Assembly (NCBI GenBank): GCA_963811715.1
Contig: CAWESM010000006.1
Location: 35,237 to 99,236 of the forward strand
Direction of reading: 5' to 3'
Origin: Terriglobia bacterium
Lineage (GTDB): Bacteria > Acidobacteriota > Terriglobia > Acidiferrales > UBA7541
DNA: 64,000 nucleotides
In this document: positions 10,244-19,713 of the stretch, in pieces
Layout of the letters: each line of letters starts with the position of its first letter
Position numbering within the stretch: the first letter of the stretch is position 1
Position numbers and translations under genes: made by a program
Notes under the pieces: model-generated
Database searches by the model: none
Told to the model about the DNA's origin: nothing
The model's input: only the letters and a program-made list of their open reading frames with translations

Positions 10244-10606
10244 ATGAAACTTTCTGATCGACGTTTGGCGCAGCGTTTCAGTCTGATCATTCCGCTGTAT
10301 ATCCGCGCGTGGAACTCCCGGGGGCCGGAGCAGACAGTCGAATCGGTCAATGTGTCCGAGTGTGGCGCCTACTATGAAACCGACACGCCGCCACTCGAAG
10401 GCGCAATGATGCAGATCAGACTGGACATGCCAAAGGAAATCACGGGTAACCCCACGGTGGAATGGTGCTGCACAGGTAAGGTGACGCGCGTCCAACCGGC
10501 TAGTTTTCCCGGCGCATTGCGAGGGGTCAGCGTGCGTTTTGATTACTACGAGGTGTCTCAGGCCATGGACCGGCTTTCGACCTCGACTTTGTTACCAACC
10601 CGCTGA
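10244..10606 (+). CDS. stand-alone PilZ-domain protein (putative c-di-GMP receptor)
   Basis: RRLAQR (RRxxxR) and NVSECG ((D/N)xSxxG) motifs at the canonical spacing. GGAGG-like RBS upstream of the ATG. Confidence 0.7.
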   Translation: MKLSDRRLAQRFSLIIPLYIRAWNSRGPEQTVESVNVSECGAYYETDTPPLEGAMMQIRLDMPKEITGNPTVEWCCTGKVTRVQPASFPGALRGVSVRFDYYEVSQAMDRLSTSTLLPTR

Positions 10607-10672
10607 ACCCAGCGACTGTGCTGAACCTATGAATACCGTGCGCGCAAGGGCAGTTGTCTCCCCTCAAGAAAT

Positions 10673-11512
10673 TTGGAACCAACACTCCTGGGAAACCGCC
10701 ATCTTCAACTTGAAGTGCCGTCCGGCAGGATTGAGATTCCGAAGGCCGGAGAGAGTTGGGTCGTGAAAGTCGAAACCGACCGTGAATCAGCCAATAAGGA
10801 CCTCAGTCGTGCGAAGCGGCCGAAAGCTACGTCGAGACGCGCACTGGTCGTCGAAAACGAACCGGCACTGCGCGCGCTCATCCAGGAAGTCCTGGAATCC
10901 GCTGAGATTGAAGTCGTAACTCCGGCGAAGGGTATCGAGAACGAACTCCATTTCGATGAGGAGAAGTTTGATGTCGTCCTCATTGGCCTCGGCACGCCAT
11001 CCGTGGACGGAATGGAACTCGTCCGGCGAATCCGCAAATCCGGCTTCAACCGGAAGACACCCATTATTCTGTTAAGCGACGATCAAAGTCCGGGGGCGCT
11101 CTCGCGGGGTTTTGCAGCAGGGGCCACCTTTTTTGTCTACAAGCCAATTGATAAGGCGCAGTTGAAGCGGCTGATTCACGTCACCCAGGGAACGATTGAA
11201 CACGAGCGGCGCCGTTTCCGGCGGGTCCCATTGCAGATCAAAGTGCGCATGAAGTCGGATAAAGCGGTGTTGGTAGGCGAAACAATCGATATCAGCATGA
11301 ACGGCGCACTGGTTAACTCTCCTCACATTTTGCCCGTGGGGTCCTTGATTGAAGTTAGCCTATATCCCCTCGATGGAGCCAAGCCAATCGTCGGGCTGGG
11401 GTCTGTCGCACGCATTTTGAACAACACGCAGATGGGGCTTCTCCTCGACCGCTTCCCTGCCTCAGAAATCGTGCGATTGCAGGAATATCTCATACCTCGA
11501 ATTGCGGATTGA
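10673..11512 (+). CDS. receiver-like domain (phospho-acceptor Asp replaced) fused to a PilZ domain
   Basis: REC fold: LVVENEP...FDVVLIGLGTPSVDGMEL...IILLSD...FVYKP. Gly sits where the acceptor Asp is expected. C-terminal PilZ motifs RRRFRR and DISMNG. The true start may be the GTG at 10764. Confidence 0.7.
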   Translation: MEPTLLGNRHLQLEVPSGRIEIPKAGESWVVKVETDRESANKDLSRAKRPKATSRRALVVENEPALRALIQEVLESAEIEVVTPAKGIENELHFDEEKFDVVLIGLGTPSVDGMELVRRIRKSGFNRKTPIILLSDDQSPGALSRGFAAGATFFVYKPIDKAQLKRLIHVTQGTIEHERRRFRRVPLQIKVRMKSDKAVLVGETIDISMNGALVNSPHILPVGSLIEVSLYPLDGAKPIVGLGSVARILNNTQMGLLLDRFPASEIVRLQEYLIPRIAD

Positions 11513-11737
11513 AGCTGCGGAAACAACCTGGGAGAATATAGCCAGCTGCGCGCCACAAGGCAGGGAGTCTTTCACCCCATCATGGAGAGGTATCGGCTCC
11601 CCCGGCGAAGATCCTGCCCCAAAATTACACGATCCTGTTGCCAATGCATGGACCGCCCGCAGGGAGCTTGACCTCATCCCGATTCACAGCCTTGGGCTGG
11701 TCCGCACACTCTCATCCGGCTTGCTCCAAATCATCGG

Positions 11738-12334
11738 TCAGGCCACGCGCGCGCGCGCTGTCGGATCGGTTCGAGAGCCTCGAATCGCGTGGCTCATTTG
11801 ACCGCGTGAATTCCCATGCACGCGGCGGTGCACGCCAAATCGCCGTTCCCTTCCATGGACATGTCCTTCCTTGTTCTTCCAGTCTACTACCCGACAGGAT
11901 CGTGGAGCGGAGAACACTTGGTTCAGCGTCTTCTCGTCCTGGGCCGTGATTGGATGGCTCTTCAAATTGTTCATTAACCGGGCATGGTTCCAAATTTCCA
12001 GGTGGTCCGCGTAATCGAGTACATCCACCGCGCCCTTCATTTGCGCGCTATTCCGCAAGGTGATCGGGATGAGCACCCTGCCTTGCTTGTCCATCGTGAC
12101 AGCCCGGCCGAAATACTTCACGCGGGCAAGAAATTTCTGGTTGTTCATGTTGTGTAAGCACAAGCGTTCCAGTTGTCCCTCGACTTCGTTCCAAACCCGC
12201 ATGGGGTAGATGCGGACGGAGTTGCCATTTTCGCTGGTGACGTAGAACTCGGTGCCAGGCCCTTTGAGCGTAGGCAGAAGGGTCATGGGAATTTTCAACC
12301 TGCCCTTTGGATCGACCTTCAATGAGTTACACAT
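11738..12334 (-). CDS. MraZ-like double SpoVT/AbrB-domain protein, not in a dcw cluster; 3' end uncertain
   Basis: Two copies of the MraZ signature D-x-x-G-R-(L/V)-x-I-P (VDPKGRLKIP and MDKQGRVLIP), followed by HLEIWN. The last ~55 codons are Arg-rich and look like read-through. Confidence 0.65.
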   Translation of the reverse strand: MCNSLKVDPKGRLKIPMTLLPTLKGPGTEFYVTSENGNSVRIYPMRVWNEVEGQLERLCLHNMNNQKFLARVKYFGRAVTMDKQGRVLIPITLRNSAQMKGAVDVLDYADHLEIWNHARLMNNLKSHPITAQDEKTLNQVFSAPRSCRVVDWKNKEGHVHGRERRFGVHRRVHGNSRGQMSHAIRGSRTDPTARARVA

Positions 12335-12369
12335 GTTTTCCTACCTTCCTCGTAAAGACGAGAAACCAA

Positions 12370-12864
12370 TCACGCCGCCCTCTGGGGATTAGCCGCTCTT
12401 GGGTTGGGCCCAGCGCCCTTTAGGTAAGCTGCCCACAAAGCGCGTTTGGTGGACTCGACAGCTTTTGGTTGCTCACACATGGCGTCAAGGACGTCAAACG
12501 CTCCTTCCTTTAGCGCCTCAGTCCATTCGAGGAGATCAAAGCTGCGTGCCCATAGAACGACCTCAAAGCCAAGATCATAGTGATTGGCAATCTCGGCCAG
12601 CCGCTTCCAGGATCCGTCCCGCATCCGGGGCGTCGAGACGATCACTTGAAACCGGCCGGATTTGGCAGCCTCACAACCCGCCGTAATGCTTCTTGCCCAT
12701 TCCGAGACGAAGCCTTCCTCCTGGAGAATGGTCTTCAGCCGTTCCGTATCAGAGTTATCGTCACAGACAATCAGAATTCGGGCCCCATCAGGGATCTTCA
12801 ATGGCGAACCCGAACAAGTCTTGCGCTCGACATTGCTTTCTCGAGTTTGTGTTATAAGACTCAT
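12370..12864 (-). CDS. degenerate CheY-like receiver-domain protein
   Basis: ARILIVCDDNSD...FQVIVSTPRMRDGSW...AFDVL fits a receiver fold, but the acceptor position reads Thr/Ser. Strong AAGGAGG RBS. 35 bp upstream of the MraZ-like gene. Confidence 0.55.
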   Translation of the reverse strand: MSLITQTRESNVERKTCSGSPLKIPDGARILIVCDDNSDTERLKTILQEEGFVSEWARSITAGCEAAKSGRFQVIVSTPRMRDGSWKRLAEIANHYDLGFEVVLWARSFDLLEWTEALKEGAFDVLDAMCEQPKAVESTKRALWAAYLKGAGPNPRAANPQRAA

Positions 12865-13276
12865 GCTACGCCTCCTTCATTCGTATGTTTCCGTCCTTGC
12901 CCAACCCCCGCTCCGTCATCATTCCCTTCGAGCGCAGCTTCCATCGTTTGAGAGCCGTCCGCCTCAAGGTCAGGCATCAACACCTGGGATTCTTTGCACG
13001 GTTTTTAAGAATTCCAGTCGCTGAAATTCGCGATCGTCTTGTCTTTGCTTCGGGTTAATTCGCTGTTCAACCTCGGCGAGTGCCTGTGCGTTGGACTGGG
13101 CACGAACGGTGACAGGTCCGCCGATCAGATTCTTCGCTAGAACCCTAACTGTGTGTTCTGGGGCTCGCTTTCCTCGGACCGAGGTTTTGTGGCCGCCATT
13201 CAGGAGTTGTTCCCTGGCCGGACACAGGAGGGGGCGAGCCTGTCCGGGCGGTTTCACCGAACGATGAGTCCCGTGG

Positions 13277-13603
13277 TTACAAGGCGGCTGCCGCATGAGC
13301 GGCGATCTGGTGGTACGTTGCGTTGGTAACCTCAAGGGTTTTTACCTCAGTAGTTCCCTCAACTACTCTCGCTAGAAGTTCCAGCACCTGTGGATAAGTT
13401 GCGCGGTAATGGGCTGCGGAGTTCTCCTTGTGATCCCACAACGTGATTCCATTCGCTTCCGTTCCGTCCGGGACGACGCATGTGATTTCGTCCCGGAACC
13501 CTTTCTGTTTTCGGAGCAGGGGAATGACCTCGTTCTTGATCGTCCGGGTAAACTGAGCAGTGCAATTGGGCTGGAGGACCACGGAAACGCGCCGGGCAAA
13601 CAT
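13277..13603 (-). CDS. small ABM/Dabb-like (ferredoxin-fold) hypothetical protein
   Basis: 108-aa ORF with an AGGAGG RBS. Fold assignment rests only on size and pattern (weak). Confidence 0.4.
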   Translation of the reverse strand: MFARRVSVVLQPNCTAQFTRTIKNEVIPLLRKQKGFRDEITCVVPDGTEANGITLWDHKENSAAHYRATYPQVLELLARVVEGTTEVKTLEVTNATYHQIAAHAAAAL

Positions 13604-13978
13604 GTCAGCCTCCTGTGTGGAAACCTTGTCGAGAGGCGAGTCGCATCTAACCCCCTTGGATTCAAATGGGTTGTCACCATTCGTGACAACTTACTAATTA
13701 GGCTTAATTCACCCCTATTGTCAAAAGCTCATTTGGAGAATGTGTTCAAAAGTGCCACATCTAGGCCGTCAATCAGATGTTCAAATATGGGCTTGCGACC
13801 ACTCCGGTAATGTGTGCTCTTACAGGACAACCTCTCGCCAGGCAGCTCATGGGCGCGCGACCGAATGTGATTCGGTAAGGACAAAGAAGGGCTGCCCTTC
13901 GAATTCTAAAGATTTTACTTGACTGTAACTGGATTTTGTATTACAGGGGATACACCCCTTCCTCAAAGAGGTATTCTT

Positions 13979-14656
13979 ATGGGGCCGCTACCGAAAACGA
14001 CTAAAAAACAAAAGAAATTGGTTTCTTTCGATCCCCAAATGTTTCTTGCCACAGTGGGCGTGGCAAGAACGATTACGCAATGCCCAAAGGACTACAAAAT
14101 CTTCTCGCAAGGTGATTCCGCCGAGGCTGTTTTCTATATTCAACAGGGCCGGGTGAAGCTCAAGGTCAAATCCAAACAGGGCAAAGAAGCGGTCATCGCC
14201 ATCCTGGGCGTGGGTGACTTCCTTGGTGAGGCCTGCCTAATCGGTCAGACCGTCTGCCTGGCGACGGCTACGGTGATTGCGCCTAGCTTTATACTTAGAA
14301 TTGAGAAGAGCGAGATGCTGCGCGTCCTCCACGAGGAGCGCAGATTTTCAGACTTTTTCGTGCCGTACGTGCTTTCGCGCAACGTGCGCGTCCAGGAAGA
14401 CTTGGTCGATCAACTTTTTAACTCCAGCGAGCAACGGCTGGCCCGGACTCTTTTGTTGCTCGCCCACTATGGTAAGGGAGGCGCGCCCGAAAGTGTCGTT
14501 CCGGAGATCAACCAGGAGACTCTGGCGGGCATGGTTGGTACAACCCGGTCGCGCGTGAACTTTTTTATGAATAAATTCAAGAAGTTGGGCTTTATCGATT
14601 ACCAAGACGGGTTGCGAGTGCACAGGTCCCTTCTAAATATCGTCCTGCACGACTAG
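13979..14656 (+). CDS. Crp/Fnr-family transcriptional regulator (cNMP-binding domain + HTH)
   Basis: FSQGDSAEAVFYIQQGRVKL...GVGDFLGE (cNMP-binding) and QETLAGMVGTTRSRVNFFMNKFKKLGFI (HTH). ATG at 13979 preferred over the alternative start at 13919. Confidence 0.85.
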   Translation: MGPLPKTTKKQKKLVSFDPQMFLATVGVARTITQCPKDYKIFSQGDSAEAVFYIQQGRVKLKVKSKQGKEAVIAILGVGDFLGEACLIGQTVCLATATVIAPSFILRIEKSEMLRVLHEERRFSDFFVPYVLSRNVRVQEDLVDQLFNSSEQRLARTLLLLAHYGKGGAPESVVPEINQETLAGMVGTTRSRVNFFMNKFKKLGFIDYQDGLRVHRSLLNIVLHD

Positions 14657-14885
14657 CGCCCTCATGGCGCGTCGGGCCATGTAGGGCCCCCCCAGAAAAT
14701 AAGTGGCCACGTGGCCAATCCTAGAGGCTGTTCAGTTTTGCACACCCTTCCTTTCGTCCCCGTAGATTTTATTGTACTGGCACACGCTGGAGCGAGACAG
14801 TGAGGTGCACAATCCCTACCACTTTCGTCGGACGATAGCTCACGCCCCTCGTGGAAAATAAGATTTTGTGGCACAGTAGTTGCCG

Positions 14886-16133
14886 ATGGCAGAACCGGGG
14901 AACCCCTCACGCGCCGGGCGCGTGGCCTTCACTCATCCCGACTTTTCTCTATATCAGTTGGCTCGGTTTTGCATTGTTACCGGGCTGGAGATGCAGTCGG
15001 TTGCGGTCGGATGGCAAATTTATGAAATCACGAAGCGGCCGCTCGACCTGGGTCTTGTAGGTCTCGCCCAATTCACGCCGGGCATTCTTCTGTTCCTCGT
15101 CTCGGGCCATGCGGCGGACCGCCTGGACCGCCGCAAACTCCTGATTGCCTGCTACGCCGGGTTTTCGATCTGCTCTGGCCTGTTGCTATTCACTGCCTTG
15201 CGGGGAATGCACGCGGTTCTTCCCATCTACTCTGTGGTGGTGCTCATCGGTATCGTCCGCTCGTTCAACGGGCCCGTAAGCCGGGCGCTGCTGCCGCAGA
15301 TCGTCCCCCAAGAACATTTCCAGAACGCGGTAGCCTGGAACGGCTCCGTCAATCAGGGTGGAACGATCCTGGGCCCTTCGCTTGGCGGCTTGGTCTACGC
15401 GCTCTCCAACGGACCCTCGGCCGTCTACACGATGGCGATGTTAGCCGCGGTGGGCGCGATTATTTGTACGCTGCAAATCAAGCTGCGCGCCAAGGCGCGG
15501 CCGCGAGAGCGGTTTACATTGAAATCGGTCCTGGCGGGGCTTCGCTATATCCGGGAACGAAAAATTGTCCTGGGATCCATCTCGCTGGATCTGTTCGGGG
15601 TGCTGCTCGGTGGGGCGGTGGCTCTGCTTCCGGTTTATGCCCGTGAAATTCTGAAGACCGGACCTTGGGGGCTTGGGCTGTTGCGCAGCTCTCCCGCTAT
15701 CGGTGCGGCCAGCATGGCGATTCTGATCGCGCACCGGCCTTTGCGGAACCGGGTCGGCGCGACGATGTTGTGGTGCGTGGCGGGCTTCGGCACCTTCACC
15801 ATACTCTTCGGAATCTCACGAAGCCTGATCCTTTCGATGCTGTCCCTGTTATGCGTCGGAGCCATGGACATGGTGAGCGTGGTCGTGCGAGGCACGCTGG
15901 TTCAGCTCGCCACGCCGGACGAAATGCGCGGCCGCGTGAACGCCGTGGAAATGATTTTTATCGGCGCCTCGAACGAAGTGGGCCAATTCGAGTCCGGCCT
16001 GACGGCGCAATGGTTCGGAACGGTGCCGGCCGTCGTGATGGGAGGAATCGGGACGCTTATCGTGACAGCCCTCTGTGCGTGGAGTTTCCCCGAACTGCGC
16101 CGCGTGGACCAGATTCCGTCTATCAAGACCTAA
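14886..16133 (+). CDS. MFS transporter (EntS/MFS_3-like, about 12 TM)
   Basis: Long hydrophobic ORF with the MFS loop motif GHAADRLDRRKLL and repeated TM segments. Confidence 0.8.
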   Translation: MAEPGNPSRAGRVAFTHPDFSLYQLARFCIVTGLEMQSVAVGWQIYEITKRPLDLGLVGLAQFTPGILLFLVSGHAADRLDRRKLLIACYAGFSICSGLLLFTALRGMHAVLPIYSVVVLIGIVRSFNGPVSRALLPQIVPQEHFQNAVAWNGSVNQGGTILGPSLGGLVYALSNGPSAVYTMAMLAAVGAIICTLQIKLRAKARPRERFTLKSVLAGLRYIRERKIVLGSISLDLFGVLLGGAVALLPVYAREILKTGPWGLGLLRSSPAIGAASMAILIAHRPLRNRVGATMLWCVAGFGTFTILFGISRSLILSMLSLLCVGAMDMVSVVVRGTLVQLATPDEMRGRVNAVEMIFIGASNEVGQFESGLTAQWFGTVPAVVMGGIGTLIVTALCAWSFPELRRVDQIPSIKT

Positions 16134-16175
16134 AAATCTTTCCGGGAAAAGGTCCCGCCGTTCAAGCTATACAAA

Positions 16176-17162
16176 TCAAGTCGTTTTTGTTTTTTCAAGT
16201 TCTTCGATGAGGGCCGGGACGATTTCGAACAGGTCGCCGACGATACCGTAGTCCGCGACTTCGAAGATCGGCGCGTTCTGATCTTTGTTGATCGCCGCGA
16301 TCGTGCGCGAGCCCTTCATTCCCACGACGTGCTGGATGGCCCCGCTGATTCCGAGCGCGAGGTACAGCTTCGGGGCGACCGTCTGTCCCGAGCTCCCAAT
16401 CTGGCGATCCATGGGCAGCCAGCCTTCATCGCAAATCGGACGCGATGCCGCGATTTCCCCGCCTAGCAAGCGCGCCAGCTTCTCGGCCATCGGAATATTT
16501 TCCGGCGCCTTGATCCCGCGTCCTACGGAGACAAGAATCGGCGCCTGCGTGAGATCGACGGCTTGTTTGGCTTCGCGGAATATTTCGAGCGGCTTGGTAC
16601 GAATCTGCCCGGCGTTGAGCTCGACGGTCACCGGCGTAACAGGCGCTTTGGACGCGCCTTGCGCGATCAGGTCCGCGCGAAACGCTCCGGCCTGAAACGT
16701 GGCGAACCAAGGCGTGGCCCCTTCGAACACCACGTCCGCCACTGTTTTGCCCTGAAACATCTGGCGGACAAAAATCAGCTTCCCGTTTTCGTGACGGTAG
16801 GCGATGCAGTCGCCGATCATGCCCTTGCCGAGCGACGCGGCCAGCTTCGGCGCGAAATCGCGCACCTGGTAGGTGTGCGGCAGCAGGACCAGATCAGGCT
16901 TCGCCTGCGCAATGGCCTGTTGAAGGGCGAGAGTAAATCCGTCCGGCGTGTACGCAGCGAGCAAGTCATGTTCGACAAGCAGCACTTCATCAACTTTTGT
17001 CGCGGCAAGTTCGCCCGCCAGCGCCGCAACACCCTTACCGATCACTGCGGCAATCAGTCGGCCTTTCGTTTCGTTCGCGATCTGCTGCGCCGCAGCCAGT
17101 GTCTCCAAGCTGTTCTTGTTCCACTTTCCTTCGCGCTGTTCGGTGATGAGAAGAATGTTCAT
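16176..17162 (-). CDS. etfA: electron transfer flavoprotein alpha subunit
   Basis: 328 aa. C-terminal FAD-binding region VSVGRGI...PKLYLALGISGAIQHVVGM...IAAINKDQNAPIF is diagnostic for EtfA. Confidence 0.9.
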   Translation of the reverse strand: MNILLITEQREGKWNKNSLETLAAAQQIANETKGRLIAAVIGKGVAALAGELAATKVDEVLLVEHDLLAAYTPDGFTLALQQAIAQAKPDLVLLPHTYQVRDFAPKLAASLGKGMIGDCIAYRHENGKLIFVRQMFQGKTVADVVFEGATPWFATFQAGAFRADLIAQGASKAPVTPVTVELNAGQIRTKPLEIFREAKQAVDLTQAPILVSVGRGIKAPENIPMAEKLARLLGGEIAASRPICDEGWLPMDRQIGSSGQTVAPKLYLALGISGAIQHVVGMKGSRTIAAINKDQNAPIFEVADYGIVGDLFEIVPALIEELEKTKTT

Positions 17163-17177
17163 CGGTGGCTGTCCGGG

Positions 17178-17946
17178 TTACAGCACTCGCGCTTCGTGTC
17201 TCAATTTTTCGAGCAGCTTCGCGGCGGCTTCTTTCGGAGTGCCGGTCAGGAACTCGGTCTTTTTGGTTTTGGTTGGCACGTAGATTCGCTCGATGCGCTG
17301 CGTGGGTTCGTGGGTGACGCCCAGCGATTCGCGCGAGATCGTCGCGATTTCTTTTTTCTTCGCCGCCATGATGCCTTTAAGCGTCGCGTAGCGGACCTTG
17401 TTGATGCCCGACTGAATCGTCAGCACGGCGGGGAGCGGAAGCTCGACCCATTGGAACCATCCAGCCTCGAGCTCGCGCTTCACGCGCAAGTGATCGCCCT
17501 CAACGCCAATCTGCATAATGAGGGTCGCGTGAGGAAGGCCCAGCCGGTCCGCCAGCAGCACTCCCGTTTGGCCAAAGCCATGGTCGTCGCTTTGCAATCC
17601 GGTTAGCACCAAGTCCGGCTTCTCGCGTTCGATCGCCGCAGCCAGTGATTTTGCCGCCCCCAGAGGATCGAGTGCGTAGGGCCTTGTCGTCCGCGATGTG
17701 CATTCCGCGGTCGGCGCCCTTGGCGAGCGCTTCCTTGATCGTCTGTTTCACGCGCTCCGGTCCCATCGACACTGCAATCACTTCGCCCGTATGTTTTTCC
17801 TTCAGGCGCAGGGCTTCCTCGAGCGCAAAACTATCCGGCTCGTTCATTTCAAATCCGATGTCGGTCTCGCGGATCCAGCCGCCTTCGGCAATCACAAGCG
17901 GGGCGTCTTTGGCGGGCACTTGCTTGATGCAGACGACAATCTTCAT
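17178..17946 (-). pseudogene. etfB: electron transfer flavoprotein beta subunit, one apparent frameshift near ~17672
   Basis: MKIVVCIKQVPA... (ORF 17500..17946) and ...LVLTGLQSDDHGFGQTGVLLA...KVRYATLKGIMAAKKK (ORF 17178..17612) join as ADDKALR|LDPLGAAKSLAAAIEREKPDLVLTG after a 1-nt frame change. Confidence 0.85.
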
Positions 17947-17976
17947 CCGTACCTCATGTTTGCTGCTGCGCCCGGC

Positions 17977-19221
17977 TTAATGGGAGGCCCAGCGTTTGAA
18001 CAGCAGGGCGGCGTTGGTCCCGCCGAAGCCAAACGAATTCGAGAGCGCGTACTCGACATCGGCCTTGCGCATGTGATTCGGCACATAATCGAGATCGCAC
18101 TCGGGGTCTGGCGTCTCCTGATTGATCGTGGGCGGCAGCGCCTGGTCGCGCAACGCCAGTACGCTGATGCCGGCTTCGAGCCCGCCGGCGCCGCCGAGCA
18201 GGTGTCCGGTCATGGACTTAGTCGAGCTGACGGCGATTTTTTTTGCGTGTTCGCCAAACACGCGCTTCATGGCCCGGGTCTCGATCGCGTCGCCCAGCGG
18301 CGTCGAAGTGCCGTGCGCGTTGACGTAATCGATTTGCTGGGGTTCGATCTTCGCGTCGCGGATCGTCGCGCGCATCACGCGGTAGGCGCCGTCGCCATTT
18401 TCAGCGGGCGCGGTGATGTGATGCGCGTCGCCCGACATCCCGTAACCCACCACTTCCGCCAGAATATTTGCGCCGCGCCGCTCCGCGTACTCCAGTGATT
18501 CGAGAATCAGAATTCCGGACCCCTCGCCGATCACGAACCCCTCGCGCTCCGCGTCAAACGGGCGGCTCGCGCGTTCCGGTTCGTCATTCCGCGTGGAAAG
18601 CGCCTTCATCGCGGCGAATCCGCCCACGCCCATCGGCGTGATGGCCGCTTCCGCGCCGCCGCAAATCATCACTTCCGCGTACCCATGCTGGATCAGACGA
18701 AGCGAATCTCCAACGGCATGCGCGGAGGCCGAGCATGCCGTCGCGGTTGCCGAATTCGGCCCTTTCGCTCCATATCTTATGGAAATGTGCCCGGAAGCCA
18801 GATTGACGATCGCCGCCGGAATAAAAAAAGGCGAGATGCGTCCTGGACCGCCGTGCAGCAGCTTGGAGTGCTCGCGCTCGATGACGTCGAATCCGCCGAT
18901 GCCGCTGGCCACGTAGACGCCGGCCATTTCCTCGATGTCCGGGGTAATCTTCAGGTCCGCCATGCGTACGGCGAAGTCGGTCGCCGCCAGGGCAATCTGG
19001 ATGAACCGCCCCATCTTCTTGAGTTCTTTTTTCTCGACCCAGTGAAGTGGGTCGAAGTCGTGAACTTCCCCGGCGATGGTGCAGTCAAACGCGGTGGCGT
19101 CGAATTGCGTGATGGCGCGAATGCCGCTTTTCCCCGCCAGGAGGTTTTTCCAGACATCGTCGGTGCCGATTCCGAGACCACAGACCAATCCGACACCCGT
19201 TACAACAACCCGGCGGCTCAC
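17977..19221 (-). CDS. fabF: beta-ketoacyl-ACP synthase II
   Basis: RRVVVTGVG..., active-site region ATACSAS, and the NAHGTSTPLGD and GHLLGAAG motifs. 414 aa. GTG start with AGGAGA RBS. Confidence 0.95.
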   Translation of the reverse strand: MSRRVVVTGVGLVCGLGIGTDDVWKNLLAGKSGIRAITQFDATAFDCTIAGEVHDFDPLHWVEKKELKKMGRFIQIALAATDFAVRMADLKITPDIEEMAGVYVASGIGGFDVIEREHSKLLHGGPGRISPFFIPAAIVNLASGHISIRYGAKGPNSATATACSASAHAVGDSLRLIQHGYAEVMICGGAEAAITPMGVGGFAAMKALSTRNDEPERASRPFDAEREGFVIGEGSGILILESLEYAERRGANILAEVVGYGMSGDAHHITAPAENGDGAYRVMRATIRDAKIEPQQIDYVNAHGTSTPLGDAIETRAMKRVFGEHAKKIAVSSTKSMTGHLLGGAGGLEAGISVLALRDQALPPTINQETPDPECDLDYVPNHMRKADVEYALSNSFGFGGTNAALLFKRWASH

Positions 19222-19260
19222 GTCAGAAATTCTCCTGATGACATTCCGGCGGCTGGCAAA

Positions 19261-19506
19261 CTACTTCTTGGCCGAGGCGTGTTTTTGGATGTACTCGACA
19301 GCGTCTTTCACCGTGGCGATCTTCTCGGCGTCCTCGTCAGGGATTTCGATCCCAAAGGCCTCTTCAAAGGCCATCACAAGTTCGACCGTATCCAGGGAAT
19401 CCGCTCCCAGATCGTCCACGAACGAAGCGGTGGGCGTCACTTCGCCTTCATCCACTCCCAATTGCTCGACAATAATCTGCTTTACTCGTTCTTCGACACT
19501 GGCCAT
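19261..19506 (-). CDS. acpP: acyl carrier protein
   Basis: [18 protein letters not shown]...[17 protein letters not shown] (DSL phosphopantetheine site). 81 aa from the ATG at 19506. Confidence 0.95.
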   Translation of the reverse strand: MASVEERVKQIIVEQLGVDEGEVTPTASFVDDLGADSLDTVELVMAFEEAFGIEIPDEDAEKIATVKDAVEYIQKHASAKK

Positions 19507-19592
19507 TCTGTTTTGCCTCCGCTGTGCGCTATGCGCGCGCTTCGTGTGGCTTCTCTCGAACTTCTTCATGTGCTGAAATTTAGGACCCGCAT

Positions 19593-19621
19593 ATTCTATG
19601 TACGCTCTTGCAATAGGTCAA
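19593..19621 (-). promoter_or_regulatory. sigma70-like promoter for acpP-fabF (TTGACC-N17-TAGAAT on the minus strand)
   Basis: Reverse complement of 19593-19621 reads TTGACC tattgcaagagcgtaca TAGAAT, about 85 nt upstream of the acpP ATG. Not experimentally supported. Confidence 0.5.
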
Positions 19622-19713
19622 CCTAACTCTGAGTCGGCGGCGCCAAGTTAGCGACTCAAGGAGTGAACTGGCAGCCCCTGTGCGTTGGCGATCGAAAAGT
19701 TCTGAATCAGATT

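Noticed and set aside
12970-13335. 121-aa minus-strand ORF between the degenerate receiver gene and the ABM-like gene
   Set aside because: It overlaps the ABM-like gene by about 60 nt, has an Arg/Pro-rich N-terminal half and no RBS at an obvious start. A shorter real peptide cannot be excluded.
16563-19626. Long plus-strand ORFs (16563..17606, 17698..18498, 18685..19626)
   Set aside because: They lie antisense to etfA/etfB/fabF/acpP, which have unambiguous motifs. These are typical GC-rich shadow ORFs with Arg-rich, low-information translations.
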